Notes under the pieces: generated by a model
Told to the model about the DNA's origin: nothing
The model's input: the letters and a program-made list of their open reading frames with translations, nothing else
Databases searched by the model: none
Shown here: positions 19,305-28,569 of the stretch, one piece after another
Layout of the letters: each line of letters starts with the position of its first letter
How positions within the stretch are numbered: the first letter of the stretch is position 1
Source of the DNA: an uncultured Ardenticatenia bacterium
GTDB taxonomy: Bacteria > Chloroflexota > Anaerolineae > 4572-78 > NAK82
Direction: 5' to 3'
Length of the DNA: 64,000 nucleotides
Assembly (NCBI GenBank): GCA_937127125.1
Contig: CAKZLO010000006.1
Coordinates: forward strand, 5,535 to 69,534
Made by a program: the position numbers and the translations under genes

Positions 19305-21119
19305 CTAGGAAACACGCTCCATCTTATAGCCTTCAATGATATCACCCACCTGGTAATCCTGGAAATCCTCCAGAGCGATGCCACACTCGTAACCGGCGTT
19401 CACCTCGGCTACATCCTCTGTGAACCGTCGCAGCGAAGCGATCTTACCGTCGTACACCTTTTCCCCATTGCGCAGCAGGCGAGCTGGGCTGTTGCGCGTC
19501 AGCTGACCATCTAACACATATGCTCCGGCCACGTTACCGCGGCGCGAGATCTTGAAGACAGCTCGCACCTCTGCATGGCCAGTGACCACCTCTTGATAAG
19601 CAGGCTCTAGTCGCCCTTTCAGCGCTTTGTCCAAATCCTCAACCAGCCGGTAGATCACGTTATAGAGGCGGATATCCACCCCCTCTGCCTCGGCCAGCCG
19701 TTGTGCAGCCGGGTCGACACTCACGTTAAATCCGATTACGATTGCCGAGGAAGCGACGGCCAGCATAACATCGGACTCGGTGATGTTGCCGGTGCCCTGA
19801 CGCAGGAAGCGCACTTTGCACTCTTGGCTGCCCAGTTCGCACACGGAGTTGACTATTGGCTCGATGGAACCCTGCACATCCGCCTTGAGTACAATGTTAA
19901 CCTCTTGGGTTTCTCCACTCTGCATACGAGAGAAGACTTCCTCGAGCGAAACCGTACGACGCTGTTGCTTGTCCGCGGCACGCTCCGCAGCAAGGCGCGC
20001 ATTCACCGTCTCACGCGCGACGTGCTCGGACACAACCACCTCGAAGCGTTCCCCGGCTAATGGCACCACCGGGAACCCGAGAATGGCAACCGGCGTAGAA
20101 GGCCCCGCTTGCTTGATACGGTTGCCACGATCGTCGAACATTGCGCGCACCTTGCCGAAATGGGTCCCAATGACCACGATGTCGCCGACGTGCAGGGTAC
20201 CGTTTTGGACCAATAGCGTTACCTTGGCACCCTGTCGTTCATCCATTGTGCTTTCAATGACGGTGCCTTGTGCGGGGCGGTCAGGATTAGCGCGCAGATC
20301 TGCCACGTCGGTGACGAGGAAAATGTTTTCCAACAGCTCGTCAATGCCTGTCTGCATCTTGGCTGACACAGGCACACAGATGACATCGCCACCCCATTCC
20401 TCAACCAGCAACCCCACATCAGCCAGCTGTTGCTTAACCCGATCTGGATTGGCATTGCTCTTGTCGATCTTGTTGAGTGCTACCAAGATGGGCACCTGAG
20501 CAGCCCGCGCATGCTCGATTGCTTCGCGTGTCTGAGGCATCACGCCGTCATCTGCGGCGACCACAAGGATAACCAGGTCAGTGACCTGGGCACCGCGTGC
20601 ACGCATAGCGGTAAAGGCCTGGTGCCCGGGTGTATCCAAGAACGTGATCTTGCGTCCTCCCACTGTCACCTGATAGGCACCAATGTGCTGGGTGATGCCT
20701 CCGGCTTCCTCTGCGGTGACATTCGTGGCGCGAATGCGATCCAACAAGGTGGTCTTGCCATGGTCCACGTGGCCAAGTACAGCGACAACAGACGGCCTCG
20801 GCTTCAGTTTGCTGGGATCTTCATCAGCAATGAAACGGTCCCGAGCAGGTGCACCAGCTGCCGGTGCTGTCGCCGGCGCTGGCTCGCTCGGGGCCTCGGG
20901 CAGCACCTCGAAACCCATGTCGCTTGCTACGATTGCGGCCGTGTCGAAGTCGATCTGCTGATTAATGGTTGCCATGATGCCATTGCTCATCAGCTGCTTG
21001 ATCACGTCTATGGGGCTCACTTGCATCAGGCTCGCGAGCTCGCGCACTGTCAAGCTAGAGGGCACACGAATAGTTCGCTGTTCTACAGCTGGTGGTGTCT
21101 TAATCTGATCTTTGTTCAT
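19305..21119 (-). CDS. infB: translation initiation factor IF-2
   Basis: G domain ([21 protein letters not shown]) and C-terminal IF-2 domains. GGGAGG lies upstream of the ATG at 21119, so the ORF-track start at 21167 is probably too early. Confidence 0.95.
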   Translation of the reverse strand: MNKDQIKTPPAVEQRTIRVPSSLTVRELASLMQVSPIDVIKQLMSNGIMATINQQIDFDTAAIVASDMGFEVLPEAPSEPAPATAPAAGAPARDRFIADEDPSKLKPRPSVVAVLGHVDHGKTTLLDRIRATNVTAEEAGGITQHIGAYQVTVGGRKITFLDTPGHQAFTAMRARGAQVTDLVILVVAADDGVMPQTREAIEHARAAQVPILVALNKIDKSNANPDRVKQQLADVGLLVEEWGGDVICVPVSAKMQTGIDELLENIFLVTDVADLRANPDRPAQGTVIESTMDERQGAKVTLLVQNGTLHVGDIVVIGTHFGKVRAMFDDRGNRIKQAGPSTPVAILGFPVVPLAGERFEVVVSEHVARETVNARLAAERAADKQQRRTVSLEEVFSRMQSGETQEVNIVLKADVQGSIEPIVNSVCELGSQECKVRFLRQGTGNITESDVMLAVASSAIVIGFNVSVDPAAQRLAEAEGVDIRLYNVIYRLVEDLDKALKGRLEPAYQEVVTGHAEVRAVFKISRRGNVAGAYVLDGQLTRNSPARLLRNGEKVYDGKIASLRRFTEDVAEVNAGYECGIALEDFQDYQVGDIIEGYKMERVS

Positions 21120-21524
21120 ACCAACCTCCCATGTTCTGGTGGTGGTGAACACACTGTCACCCACCAAGAAATTGCCGTCTTACTCTCGCACAGACTCTGC
21201 CCAGAGCGCTTGAGTAACAGCATCAAGTCACCGGGTGAAGCTGGCTACAACGAGTCCCAAGCACAAAAGCTAACAGGTTGGGTTTTGTAAAAATTCTAGA
21301 TATCGCGGAGAGGGGAGAGACAAGGAGTATTGCCAGAGGAAAATGCTCTTTTACGATAGGGGCTTTAGCCCTCCTTGGCTGTCATTACTGTCCCTCCCGA
21401 TCCCGCAAGGATCATCACACTGTTCACTTTTGTGTTGCTCTTCCGGTTTGCGTCGCCATGTAAATGATCTCGGTCCGCATATGCGACTCCGTGGACCGAT
21501 TCACCATAGCCGCTCTTGGGCCTC

Positions 21525-21863
21525 CTATAAAGTTTCTCTAGCCTCCACAACCGCGTTCTGCACTTCCGCCCACGGCTCATCCGGCAGCCCTTGGGCGTAT
21601 TCGTGCAAAGCGGACCATTCAGCCTCACTAGGCACAGCATGCAAGGCAGCCGCTAAACGGCTGCGAGTCAATTGTCGGGGCGAACCCCCAATTGCACTTT
21701 GCCAACATCGTCGGTTGCGGCAAAGATATGCCCCTCGGCCATTCGCCTTGCCTGTGATATCCACACAAATCTGCCCTTCTGGGGTGCGCACAATGCGAAT
21801 GAGCTCACGCTTTCCTCGCACAGCCCGACAGGCAATACAGGTGCGCAAAGGTGTATGTTTCAT
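21525..21863 (-). CDS. ylxR: YlxR/RnpM family protein (DUF448)
   Basis: PLRTCIACRAVRGKRELIRIV...GRGAYLC signature, immediately downstream of nusA. Confidence 0.8.
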   Translation of the reverse strand: MKHTPLRTCIACRAVRGKRELIRIVRTPEGQICVDITGKANGRGAYLCRNRRCWQSAIGGSPRQLTRSRLAAALHAVPSEAEWSALHEYAQGLPDEPWAEVQNAVVEARETL

Positions 21864-21877
21864 TCTGTCACCAGACC

Positions 21878-23647
21878 CTACAGAAAGTCTCCCCAGTCAC
21901 CCCGCTGTCGTCCAGGCTTGCGTCGGCGATGAGAGATGTAAGCACCCAGTTTCTCGTCATAGATGAGCTCGTGCCGCTTGCCACCTTTCTTCTTCTTGGC
22001 TTTAGTGCGCGCACGTCCAGGCAGTTCTTCCTCCTCCTCTTCCTCTTCCCAGAAAGAAAACTCTTCAGGCGCCTGGAGATGTTTCAGTTCATCTTCCAAT
22101 GACACTTCCTGTGCCGATGGCTGAGCTTGCTCGTCCGCTTTGGCATCGCCACCCATAATCACAGCTGCTTCTTCCTCCCACAGGGGGAAGGAGATGGTAT
22201 CCAATTCTGCAGCTTCAGGCACCTCCTCGGTTTCATCCACGCTGACAACGGCTGCTTCTTGTGCCTGTTCTCTACCTTCTTCCGCAGCCTTGGACGCCAG
22301 TATAGCCTCTGCGCGCGCCAGCAAGTCCTCCGGAGATTCCGCGCGAGGTGGTGCGCCGGACGGCTCCACCTGTTCTAGAGCTCGGATGACCTCCTCGCGT
22401 AGGCGCAGGGCAGAACGTTCTTTCTCCAACGCCTTCTCAGCCTCGTGGACGATACGCACCACCTGACTAAGTGCCTGCATTTCGCCATCGGACAGGGCAG
22501 TCCCTTCCTTCTCCTGCAAGATTTCGCGCGCCATCGTGATCAAGTGTTGCTCGCGCGCAACGGCGGCCTGCAGGTCCTTTTGCTCCGCTATCTTGGCCAG
22601 CGCCTCCGAGGCAGCCTCGGAGATGCTTTTGATATCAATGCGCCAGTTGGTCAGCTTGGCAGCCAGACGCGCGTTCTGACCCTCCTTGCCAATGGCGAGC
22701 GACAGCTGGCGATCTGGCACTACCACAACGGCAGTCTTGTCATTGGTATCATCCTGCAACATGACATTCAGCACCTTAGCCGGGCTCAGTCCGTTGGCGA
22801 TCAGAGTTGCAGGATCAGGGCTCCAGGCCACCACGTCGATCTTTTCGCCATTCAGCTCGTTAACAATGCTCTGAATACGCACACCGCGCATCCCGACACA
22901 GGACCCAACCGGGTCGACACCTTCCTGTAGAGCGGCGACAGCTACCTTAGAGCGGTAACCTGCTTCGCGCGCGATGGCCTTGATCTCAACGATGCCGTTA
23001 TAAATCTCTGGCACCTCGAGCTCAAGCAGGCGTCGCAGCATATTCCGGTGGGTACGCGACACAATGATCAGGGGCCCTCGCGGCGTCTTCTGCACCTCGG
23101 AAACGTAAGCGCGCAGCCGCTGACCAATGCTGTAGCGCTCGGTAGGTATCTGCTCGCTGCGAGGCAAGACGGCCTCCACTTTGCCCAGGCTCAGCGTCAC
23201 CTGCTGCGAATCGATGCTCTGCACGGTGCCGTTCACGATCTCGCCTTCGCGGTCGGCGTAGGCGTGATAAAGCGAATCACGTTCTGCCTCGCGGATGCGC
23301 TGCAGAATCACCTGACGCGCCGTTTGGGCCGCAATGCGCCCAAAATCCCGCGGTGTGATGTCCACCGACACCACTTCGCCCACGCTGGCATCCGGCTTAA
23401 TGCGCCGCGCCTCATCCAACGCGATCTCACGGGTCGCATCGGTGACGCGTTCGACCACTGTCTTCTCAGCGTAGATGTGTGCCGTACAGGTCTCCAGGTC
23501 CAGACGCGCCGTAATGCCCGGCGTCGGGCCGAATCTACGCCGGTAGGCCGAAACCAATGCCGCATGAATCGCTTCCAGTACCACCTCTTTGGGTAACTGG
23601 CGCTCGTGGCACACCTGGTTGATAGCTGCTATGAACTCCTTGTTCAC
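21878..23647 (-). CDS. nusA: transcription termination/antitermination factor NusA with a long atypical C-terminal extension
   Basis: The N-terminal domain, S1 and two KH domains are recognisable (GEIVNGTVQSI; GSCVGMRGVRIQ; AIGKEGQNARLAAKL). About 245 further residues are coiled-coil-like and acidic, including EEEEEEEE, and end in a basic tail. GTG start with an AGGAGG RBS upstream. Confidence 0.95.
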   Translation of the reverse strand: MNKEFIAAINQVCHERQLPKEVVLEAIHAALVSAYRRRFGPTPGITARLDLETCTAHIYAEKTVVERVTDATREIALDEARRIKPDASVGEVVSVDITPRDFGRIAAQTARQVILQRIREAERDSLYHAYADREGEIVNGTVQSIDSQQVTLSLGKVEAVLPRSEQIPTERYSIGQRLRAYVSEVQKTPRGPLIIVSRTHRNMLRRLLELEVPEIYNGIVEIKAIAREAGYRSKVAVAALQEGVDPVGSCVGMRGVRIQSIVNELNGEKIDVVAWSPDPATLIANGLSPAKVLNVMLQDDTNDKTAVVVVPDRQLSLAIGKEGQNARLAAKLTNWRIDIKSISEAASEALAKIAEQKDLQAAVAREQHLITMAREILQEKEGTALSDGEMQALSQVVRIVHEAEKALEKERSALRLREEVIRALEQVEPSGAPPRAESPEDLLARAEAILASKAAEEGREQAQEAAVVSVDETEEVPEAAELDTISFPLWEEEAAVIMGGDAKADEQAQPSAQEVSLEDELKHLQAPEEFSFWEEEEEEEELPGRARTKAKKKKGGKRHELIYDEKLGAYISHRRRKPGRQRGDWGDFL

Positions 23648-23720
23648 GATTTCCCTTCGACCTCCTGCTTCCGCCGCTCGTTGCGAAGGTCACGCATGCT
23701 AGTTTGTACCCTCTTACAAA

Positions 23721-23746
23721 GAAAAGTGGGGCGAAACCCACTTTTC
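23721..23746 (-). terminator. terminator-like hairpin inside the nusA leader (attenuator candidate)
   Basis: On the minus strand, GAAAAGUGGG-UUUCGC-CCCACUUUUC is a perfect 10-bp stem followed by UUUG. It lies about 23 nt after the predicted transcription start and about 74 nt before the nusA start. Confidence 0.45.
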
Positions 23747-23775
23747 TATGATGGCATTAGGTTAGATCTAGTTCT

Positions 23776-23804
23776 ATTATACCACGACGACGTAGCAATT
23801 GCAA
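23776..23804 (-). promoter_or_regulatory. sigma-70-type promoter candidate for nusA
   Basis: On the minus strand, TTGCAA (23804..23799), a 17-nt spacer, then TATAAT (23781..23776). Confidence 0.5.
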
Positions 23805-24023
23805 ATCCAGCGTCTTTAAGCCTTAAGGAGCACTGCAAATATCTAGGATGCTTCTCTACCGCGCCTGCCCCTTTCGCATAACAGGCCGGGGGCACTTTTC
23901 GTGCTATCAGGCTTTCGACGCTTCCAAATTCCTGATGGGAATTTCAAATCTTACGCGCAAATGGCTTGCATGCAAGAAAAAGGCACACGCTGTCTGGGCC
24001 AGCTCGGTGTGCGCCCGCGCCAT

Positions 24024-25613
24024 CTATTGGGAGGTGCTCGCCAGCGGTGGCGCACGCAATACATATACTGCTACATCAAGATCGTTGAATCGGTGCAGAG
24101 AGATGAGCGTGTAATGTTGTTCCATCCAGAGGCGGTGTGGATGATCGGCATAGCCAGCATTGCGATATTCCTCTATCGCGCGGCGAAATATGACGAGCCA
24201 CACCCGCTCGTGCCCACGCACTGCGGTCGCCAGATCAGGGACAGCAAACAGGCCCAACGCTTCCTGAGTTGGGTAAGCCAGGGTGTCGTTGGGGCTACCC
24301 GGGGGGTCGGCAATGAAACATTGGGGTAACGTGCGGTCGTAATAATGAGCCGGAAAGAAGCTCAGTTTGTTGCTGTGCACTATGACGTCGTCTGCTTGGT
24401 AGTGTGCGCGCAGGAAGGCCACGACGCGATCAAAGGGAGCGCGCGGAAAGCTGGCATAGGTATAGTGATTCCAAAGCGAAACAGCTGCAATCAGAGCACA
24501 AGGGATGAACACACCCCATCGCACCGCTCTTGGCCACGCATTGCGCATCCAGAGCGCGGAAAGCAGCCCATAATAGGAGAGCGCCGAAGGAAGCAGGGCG
24601 CGTACAATGTAGACTGGGCGCAGTTGCGAAATGGCGAACAGGATTATGACAGGCAGGCTACTGAGCATCAGCAGCAGCCCATCTGGCGACGGGAAGCGAT
24701 TCGATGAAGCTCTATGTCGCTGCCGCCAGAGGGCCAATGCGCACAAAACGAGAAGTAAAATGCTGAAAAACAATGCAAAGGGCAACAACCAAGAGGGCAA
24801 CGCCTGGTTGTCGTAGGCAAAGTGAAAGATGAGCGATGTCTGAATTAGCTGGACCAAACCGGGTTGCGTCACCCAATACGCTTGCTGTACCTTGCCGAAC
24901 TGGCCGGGCAGCGCCAGCAGCCACGGGGCAAACAAGAGCACCATGAGCAGATGTGCGAATGTCAGCGGGAGCCAATTGCGCCAGCGCGCACCATTGGGCC
25001 CGAACCAACTCCACGTTACCCAAACATCCAGCGCCAGGACAAAAGCAAAGCCCAAGTTGTGCGCGTACAACACCATTGCGCCACACAAGCTCATCGCCAG
25101 CCAGTTGATCCATCCCCTACCGACCCAAGCGCGTACAAAAAAGAATGTCATTGCCGTCGCTGCCAGCCCGAGCAGGGCGTACATGCGCGCTTCTTGGGCA
25201 TAGTAAACGGCAAAAGGAGTACATGCCACGACAAACCCAGCACCCAGGCCACTACGCCTGTCGTACAGTGTACGCCCGAGCAAGTAGGCCATCACCACAG
25301 TGGCGATGCCCAGCACCACGGACAGCGCGCGTACCATTACCGCTGACTGCCCAAACAGCTGCATCCATCCATGCAAAATGAAATAGTACAAAAGGGGATG
25401 TACATCAGCGGCGACACCATGCACTGGAGTCAATGTGCCGTAGAGCATGGTAGCAAACGGCTTCTCCGCGTACAGCACTGCAAACGCCTCATCATACCAC
25501 AGAGGACGTCCACCGAGGTTGATGAGACGCAAAGCGGTTGCCAGTGCTATCATGCCGGCCAGCGCGATGTGGTGCCTTGGTCGAGGACTATGCTGATGGT
25601 TTGTCGCATCCAC
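24024..25613 (-). CDS. GT-C fold membrane glycosyltransferase, family 39 / ArnT-PMT-like
   Basis: About 12 predicted TM helices. The N-terminal RLINLGGRPLWYDEAFAVLYA (Asp/Glu in the first loop) is typical of ArnT/PMT_2 proteins. A C-terminal soluble domain follows. Confidence 0.75.
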   Translation of the reverse strand: MDATNHQHSPRPRHHIALAGMIALATALRLINLGGRPLWYDEAFAVLYAEKPFATMLYGTLTPVHGVAADVHPLLYYFILHGWMQLFGQSAVMVRALSVVLGIATVVMAYLLGRTLYDRRSGLGAGFVVACTPFAVYYAQEARMYALLGLAATAMTFFFVRAWVGRGWINWLAMSLCGAMVLYAHNLGFAFVLALDVWVTWSWFGPNGARWRNWLPLTFAHLLMVLLFAPWLLALPGQFGKVQQAYWVTQPGLVQLIQTSLIFHFAYDNQALPSWLLPFALFFSILLLVLCALALWRQRHRASSNRFPSPDGLLLMLSSLPVIILFAISQLRPVYIVRALLPSALSYYGLLSALWMRNAWPRAVRWGVFIPCALIAAVSLWNHYTYASFPRAPFDRVVAFLRAHYQADDVIVHSNKLSFFPAHYYDRTLPQCFIADPPGSPNDTLAYPTQEALGLFAVPDLATAVRGHERVWLVIFRRAIEEYRNAGYADHPHRLWMEQHYTLISLHRFNDLDVAVYVLRAPPLASTSQ

Positions 25614-25648
25614 TTCTTTGTGCTTCCACGGCTTATGATGGAATTTGC

Positions 25649-27301
25649 CTATTCCCCATCTATCACCCGATAGATGCTGAGATCTCCATCTTGGAACACG
25701 CGCTGCAAATAGGGCACATGCGTGGGATCGAAGTCTCCTAGAGCGCGCTCACGTGGCCCAAGGACCACATAGCGAATGCCATACTTTCGCAGCAGGTCGC
25801 GCCGCTCAGAGTCGCTGGCAGAACTATAGAAACGAGCTGCCGCAACGCGCTTCTGCTCCAAATCCACTGTCTCGGTCCAATGGCCCATAAACACGCGCCG
25901 GCCGCTGCGTGCGGCGATGAAGCCACCCAATTCATAAGAGGCCAGCACTATGTCATCTGGCTGGCTGTGGGCAATGATCCACTCCACTGCAGCGGCCTCT
26001 GCACGGCTGACCACCACATCGGGGTGACCAGCGGCAGCAGCCAGACTTGCACTGGTAATCACCAGCAATGTGGAGGGCAACGTCAAGGCGACCAGCAGCG
26101 TGCGCAGCCAAGCGGCCAGCGGCGTATGCGCCGCCTGGGTGGGTGTGCGCATGGGCAAATTGCGCACTCGGTGCCATATCCTGTCGGCCAGCGGCAACAC
26201 ATAGTGCGTCAGCCCCCGCGTTGCCAGCAAACACAGCGCCACCCCACTTCCCTCGATGATGCGTCGTTGCAAGGGGAATACCGATGGGGCATACAACAAT
26301 GGAGCTACCACCACCAACCATATTACCAGCAGCGGCCAACGCTGTTCCTGGCGCGCCGCCCACCAACCGCCCGGCAGTGCCAATCCCAACACCACCCCAT
26401 ATCCTAAGGCATAATGCCACGGAGCCGGGCTGAGGGTGAGATTCTGCGCCTGCCAGCCGGTAAAGATGGGATTGTGAATGATGGCCACGTACTGATACCC
26501 CACTATCGGCAAGGCCACCCACCAGATCGCGCCCAGCCCGGCCAGTGTGGACCATGACACACGATGGCGGACAAACTGGTGCACCCCGTAACCTGCCAGA
26601 GTCAGCGCGACCACCAGCACCATGAACGCGTGAATCGAGCTGAGAACCAGTATGGCCAGCATCGCCCCAAGCAAATGGAGCCAGCGCCTCTCCTCAGCAA
26701 AGCGCAGCGATAGAGCAAACACAAACAACAGACAGGCCAATGCCACACAGGTGTGGGGGAACAACATCACGGTGAAATAACCATACATTTCGATCAGCCA
26801 GAAATCAACCGGTGTGATAGTGCCCACCCTGTAAGAACCTGTCAGCAGCAACGCCAGCCAGCCCAGCCCAGATGCCCAACAGATCAGCCCGAAGGCCAGA
26901 CGCCGCTCAGCTGTCTGCGTGATGAACAGCGCCACGAAGGCATAGGCGCTGAGCAGAAATGCCATGCCGCTTGCCAATCGCGCCACGTGGTATACTAGAA
27001 CCAGGTCGGCCTGCAACAACCGCGCTAGGTGACCAAGCGCGATGTAGAACATATTGAGATAGGCACCAGGATGTGGCTCGGGGGTGAAGAGGATGCGATA
27101 TTCCCAATCGCCACGATAACCCAGCTGCATCTTGGCCAAGTGGCTGTAAGCATCCTCAACATCAATCACGAAGCCCACAAAGAGGCGGTCCGGGGTAGAA
27201 GCAGCATAACCCACCAAGTAGGGCAGGCTGGTCACCACCAAAACGGCCAAGGCCATAATCAGAAAGACACCCCATTCTCTCCACAATCTGTCAGATCTCA
27301 C
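25649..27301 (-). CDS. large polytopic membrane protein, GT-C-like (function unknown)
   Basis: Many TM helices and an acidic first loop (FVIDVEDAYSHLAKM). The start is uncertain. A GTG at 27301 forms a GTGA overlap with the upstream stop; the ORF track extends to 27403. Confidence 0.55.
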   Translation of the reverse strand: MRSDRLWREWGVFLIMALAVLVVTSLPYLVGYAASTPDRLFVGFVIDVEDAYSHLAKMQLGYRGDWEYRILFTPEPHPGAYLNMFYIALGHLARLLQADLVLVYHVARLASGMAFLLSAYAFVALFITQTAERRLAFGLICWASGLGWLALLLTGSYRVGTITPVDFWLIEMYGYFTVMLFPHTCVALACLLFVFALSLRFAEERRWLHLLGAMLAILVLSSIHAFMVLVVALTLAGYGVHQFVRHRVSWSTLAGLGAIWWVALPIVGYQYVAIIHNPIFTGWQAQNLTLSPAPWHYALGYGVVLGLALPGGWWAARQEQRWPLLVIWLVVVAPLLYAPSVFPLQRRIIEGSGVALCLLATRGLTHYVLPLADRIWHRVRNLPMRTPTQAAHTPLAAWLRTLLVALTLPSTLLVITSASLAAAAGHPDVVVSRAEAAAVEWIIAHSQPDDIVLASYELGGFIAARSGRRVFMGHWTETVDLEQKRVAAARFYSSASDSERRDLLRKYGIRYVVLGPRERALGDFDPTHVPYLQRVFQDGDLSIYRVIDGE

Positions 27302-28569
27302 GTTGTCGTTCCTCGCCTCGGCCACAAGCGCCATAAGCTTAAGATCACCAATGCAGCTGTCACCCCAACGGGCAGAATAGGGCTGATCCACTGATGTTCC
27401 CACAAGGTGTATTCCGGGTGATTCGTGGCGGGCAACAGGAAAGCAGCTACTAGCCAGACGACTATCACCAGCCCTATTTCTACTGCGGCGACCGCTATTC
27501 TGCCACTACGGCCGGACAGCTGCGCGAAGCAGAAAAACAAAGGCAGAAGCAGAAACAGCTGATTGGCCTGGCTGGTGCGCGGCGCCGTCATCGCGGTGAC
27601 AGCAATCAACCAGCTGAAGAGCCAATCACGCATCGGGAAGTCTCCTCCCCAAGCTGGAACGTACGAACGACCAGCTGGGAGCAGCTGGCGCATACGCCAC
27701 CACACCCCTATCGGCCACAGTACCAGGATGCTGCTGAGAATCCAGCTTCCCCAAGATGTACCTGTGAACAACTGAACTGGCGGCGCGAAGAACGTGTAGT
27801 CAGCATAGCGTTGCAATCGAGTCAGCCAGTGGAGTGGCCAGTCCGGCACCCAAGCAAGGGGAAGCACCAACAGCAGGGCTAGCGAGATGCCAAAGGATGC
27901 CACAACCCGCAGATGACGGTGCCACAGTGCCCACAACAACATTCCCGGTACAATCAAGAAGGTCATCTGGGGCTTGATTGTCGCCAATGCCATACAGATG
28001 CCGGCCAGAATCCAGTGTTCGTAGTGTAAACCCCACCATGCCAGCGCTATGCACAATGCGATCACGATAGAAATCTGACCGAGGATGAAAGCCCAGATGT
28101 TCTGATACAGTGCGCAGGAGCACAGCAACGTCAGCGCCCACAGCCATAGTGGTGGATGCCAGCCCACTGCGCGTGGTGCAACAAACAGGAAAAGCAAAAC
28201 GCTGACCTCAAGCGCCAACAACCACAACGCCTGGGCCAGGGGCAATGGCAAGACGGCTAATGGCCCCATCACTGCCACGATTGACATAGGATATGAAAAC
28301 GCTCGCTGATCTTCATCGGGACGCGCAACACGACCATAGTTGGCAAGTTGCGTCTCGTAGACCACTGTGAGATCGTAAGGATTGACGCCGTCGAGCAACA
28401 TGCGCCGCAACGCCAGCCACGGGCTAAATAAGTCCCACACGATAGCCCGCTCGTGAGCATTGAACCAGTCATACAATAGCCATCCGCTCAGCGTCAGGCA
28501 TACCAGAGCCAGTAAGGCAACCATGGTGGAGATCAGCGTTGCGGAAGGCGACATGAGACGATGCGTCAT
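27298..28569 (-). CDS. DUF2029 / glycosyltransferase family 87-like membrane protein
   Basis: GVNPYD...FSYPMSIVAVMGPLAVLP resembles the GT87 mannosyltransferase-like family. Polytopic. Its start forms an ATGA overlap with the upstream gene. Confidence 0.6.
   Translation of the reverse strand: MTHRLMSPSATLISTMVALLALVCLTLSGWLLYDWFNAHERAIVWDLFSPWLALRRMLLDGVNPYDLTVVYETQLANYGRVARPDEDQRAFSYPMSIVAVMGPLAVLPLPLAQALWLLALEVSVLLFLFVAPRAVGWHPPLWLWALTLLCSCALYQNIWAFILGQISIVIALCIALAWWGLHYEHWILAGICMALATIKPQMTFLIVPGMLLWALWHRHLRVVASFGISLALLLVLPLAWVPDWPLHWLTRLQRYADYTFFAPPVQLFTGTSWGSWILSSILVLWPIGVWWRMRQLLPAGRSYVPAWGGDFPMRDWLFSWLIAVTAMTAPRTSQANQLFLLLPLFFCFAQLSGRSGRIAVAAVEIGLVIVVWLVAAFLLPATNHPEYTLWEHQWISPILPVGVTAALVILSLWRLWPRRGTTT

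Noticed and set aside
21424-21507. A 27-codon ORF with a TAGGAGG RBS right after ylxR, considered as a ylxQ remnant or small protein.
   Set aside because: It is too short and shows no similarity to L7Ae/YlxQ sequence patterns. It is kept only as a note within the spacer finding.
22024-22050. A GAA/GAG trinucleotide repeat.
   Set aside because: It is simply the coding sequence of the poly-Glu run in the NusA tail, not an independent repeat element.
23907-24023. A 38-codon ORF starting immediately after the GT39 stop on the minus strand.
   Set aside because: It has no RBS and no recognisable features. It is probably fortuitous within the 3' UTR.
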